A stretch of DNA of 63,751 nt, counting the filler, from Octopus bimaculoides (taxonomy: Eukaryota): assembly GCF_001194135.2 (NCBI RefSeq). It is 5 parts of 5 records of this genome, joined end to end, with 100 filler letters (N's around TTAATTAATTAA, not from the genome) between each part and the next. Parts side by side here need not be neighbours in the genome. Positions count along the whole stretch, not along the records: positions 56,638 to 63,751 come from NC_069005.1; 4 more parts are not named here. One strand, 5' to 3'. Position numbers and translations under genes: made by a program. The notes beneath the pieces were generated by a model. The model made no database searches. It was given only the letters and a program-made list of their open reading frames with translations, and had not been told where the DNA came from. Positions 62,119-63,751 of the stretch are shown piece after piece; positions within the stretch are counted from its first letter, which is position 1; the number at the start of each line of letters is the position of its first letter.

Positions 62119-63542
62119 GAATGTATGTGTGTATCTATCTATCTATATATATATAAATATATATNNNNNNNNNNNNNNNNNNNNNNNNNNNNNNNNNNNN
62201 NNNNNNNNNNNNNNNNNNNNNNNNNNNNNNNNNNNNNNNNNNNNNNNNNNNNNNNNNNNNNNNNNNNNNNNCTTACATGCTAAAAAGGGCAGTTAAACCA
62301 CGAAAAAATAATTCTTAAAGCCCGCTGTTACTGGCACTAGCGTGAGCAAAATATGAGATTAGTTAATCCCGTACTTGAGTTTCGCTATTAATGACCAAAA
62401 TAAATTAATTTGGCATCTGTAGTTCATCAGTGGGATCACTAAAAGAATGCATAATTATATAGCTTTAATACGTACCGAAAATACGTGCGCAAGAGAGCTC
62501 CAGCTCGGGTTCATTTTTAGTAGAAATATGTTACAAAAAGAAAATATAAACTACACGTGGAAATGTAAGGGGAAAGTAAGAAGAAAAATAAGCGGAAATG
62601 CACATTGGAAATCAAAAGAAGTAAAAGCTTTTTTATGAAAAGTAACGATAGATACACATACAATTACATGAACTGATTTAGGAATAAAAGTAATAAAAGT
62701 CATTATTATGAATTGTTAAAGAGATTCAAAAGCATACTGGTTTCGTAAAGTTACTAATCATTGCTTTGAATGCACAACGATATATTCTATAATATAAATG
62801 GGACATGGGCGATCGTTGTATTCTTTCTTGTCTTGAGTTTCACAGCCAAATGGCAGGTTGAATTCGCGTGAAAAATGGCACACATGTGGAAACGGGTGCA
62901 TAGATTGGAATGTGGTTTGTATTTTTTTCCTAGCACCTATAATTACCGAGAAAATCGATTAAAACTTTTTCTAATGGAATTCGCGTTTGTTTCGCGATTA
63001 AAACAACCAGTTGCTCACACAGCCGGCATATACCATTTCGCTAGCAACAAGGGGAGTACAGGATGACAGTCAGCCAAAACTTTCGCTATGCTGTCTCTCT
63101 TCTTTCACCTCTTTATTGGGTTAATAATCTTAATCTTTAGTTACAGTTTCACATTCAAACTACATAATAGGCAGAATTGTCAGATTAAGACAGTAGGGTG
63201 TTTTGAGGGAGATTTGGCTGCTATTTCTACCAGGTCTAGCTACCATGTAGAGGTCGGAACTTAATTTTCATTCACATATTTGCATTTCAAAAATTTAACA
63301 TAATTTTTTACATAAATCAACTATCGTAAAAATTTTACATGATGAGAACACACACATGCACGTACGCGCGCGCACACACACACACACACACGCACACGCG
63401 CGCGCGCGTTCATTTAATATATCTTCTTTCAATTTCTGCTCTCTGCAAATAAATTTTTACGGATACAACTGCTTACAAAAATAGGGATTAATGTATAATT
63501 TCTTTCTATGTTCATAATTAAATCAATCTTTTAATGATTAGA

Positions 63543-63674
63543 CAGCGGTCTCAGACTACGTACAAATTCGTTCTTCACAACTCTTGAAGCTGTTTTCTGA
63601 CAGGAGGCGGGGAATCAAGAAATTTTCATACAATCGAAACAGGGGACCCGAAATGATAAAGTTGAGAAACGGTG
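63543..63674. mobile_element. possible hAT-type MITE
   Basis: imperfect termini cagcggtctca...tgagaaacggtg; no 8-bp TSD seen. Confidence 0.3.
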
Positions 63675-63751
63675 TTATACATTATGCCTAACCGAAAACG
63701 TTCACAGCCACATCATCCAAACAGACCGGGTGAAACCGGGCTTAGCTGCTA

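Overview
Eukaryotic, AT-rich, repeat-dominated draft scaffold. About 9.5 kb (~15%) is N, and four 100-bp placeholder gaps carry the artificial spacer TTAATTAATTAA. The SINE families and very dense di/tri/tetranucleotide microsatellites suggest an octopus-like coleoid cephalopod (inference). Only one host gene is supportable: five + strand, phase-1, GT-AG exons (1170-5455; 738 nt, 246 codons) encoding six tandem EGF-like modules of an extracellular protein whose start and end were not found. The rest is transposon-derived: three tRNA-headed SINE families (A ~400 bp with an internal microsatellite, B ~230 bp, C CORE-type), an unclassified family D, Tc1/mariner relics (DD37D maT-type and a rosa/maT-like deletion derivative), CR1- and RTE-like LINE ends, R4/Dong-like restriction-endonuclease (RLE) retrotransposon ends, and Penelope-like (PLE) debris rich in inverted repeats. 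Main leads: (1) minimal type-I hammerhead-ribozyme-like motifs, including a CUGU core variant shared by two diverged copies; (2) R4/Dong-like elements that abut (ACAT)n microsatellites, share a covarying 3' stem-loop and are 5'-truncated at the same codon in two diverged copies; (3) nested or inverted SINEs that would give long dsRNA; (4) an old ~210-bp tandem array with a conserved hairpin. Nearly all ORFs in the supplied track are microsatellite or N-gap artefacts. All alignments and folds were done by eye, so boundaries are approximate.
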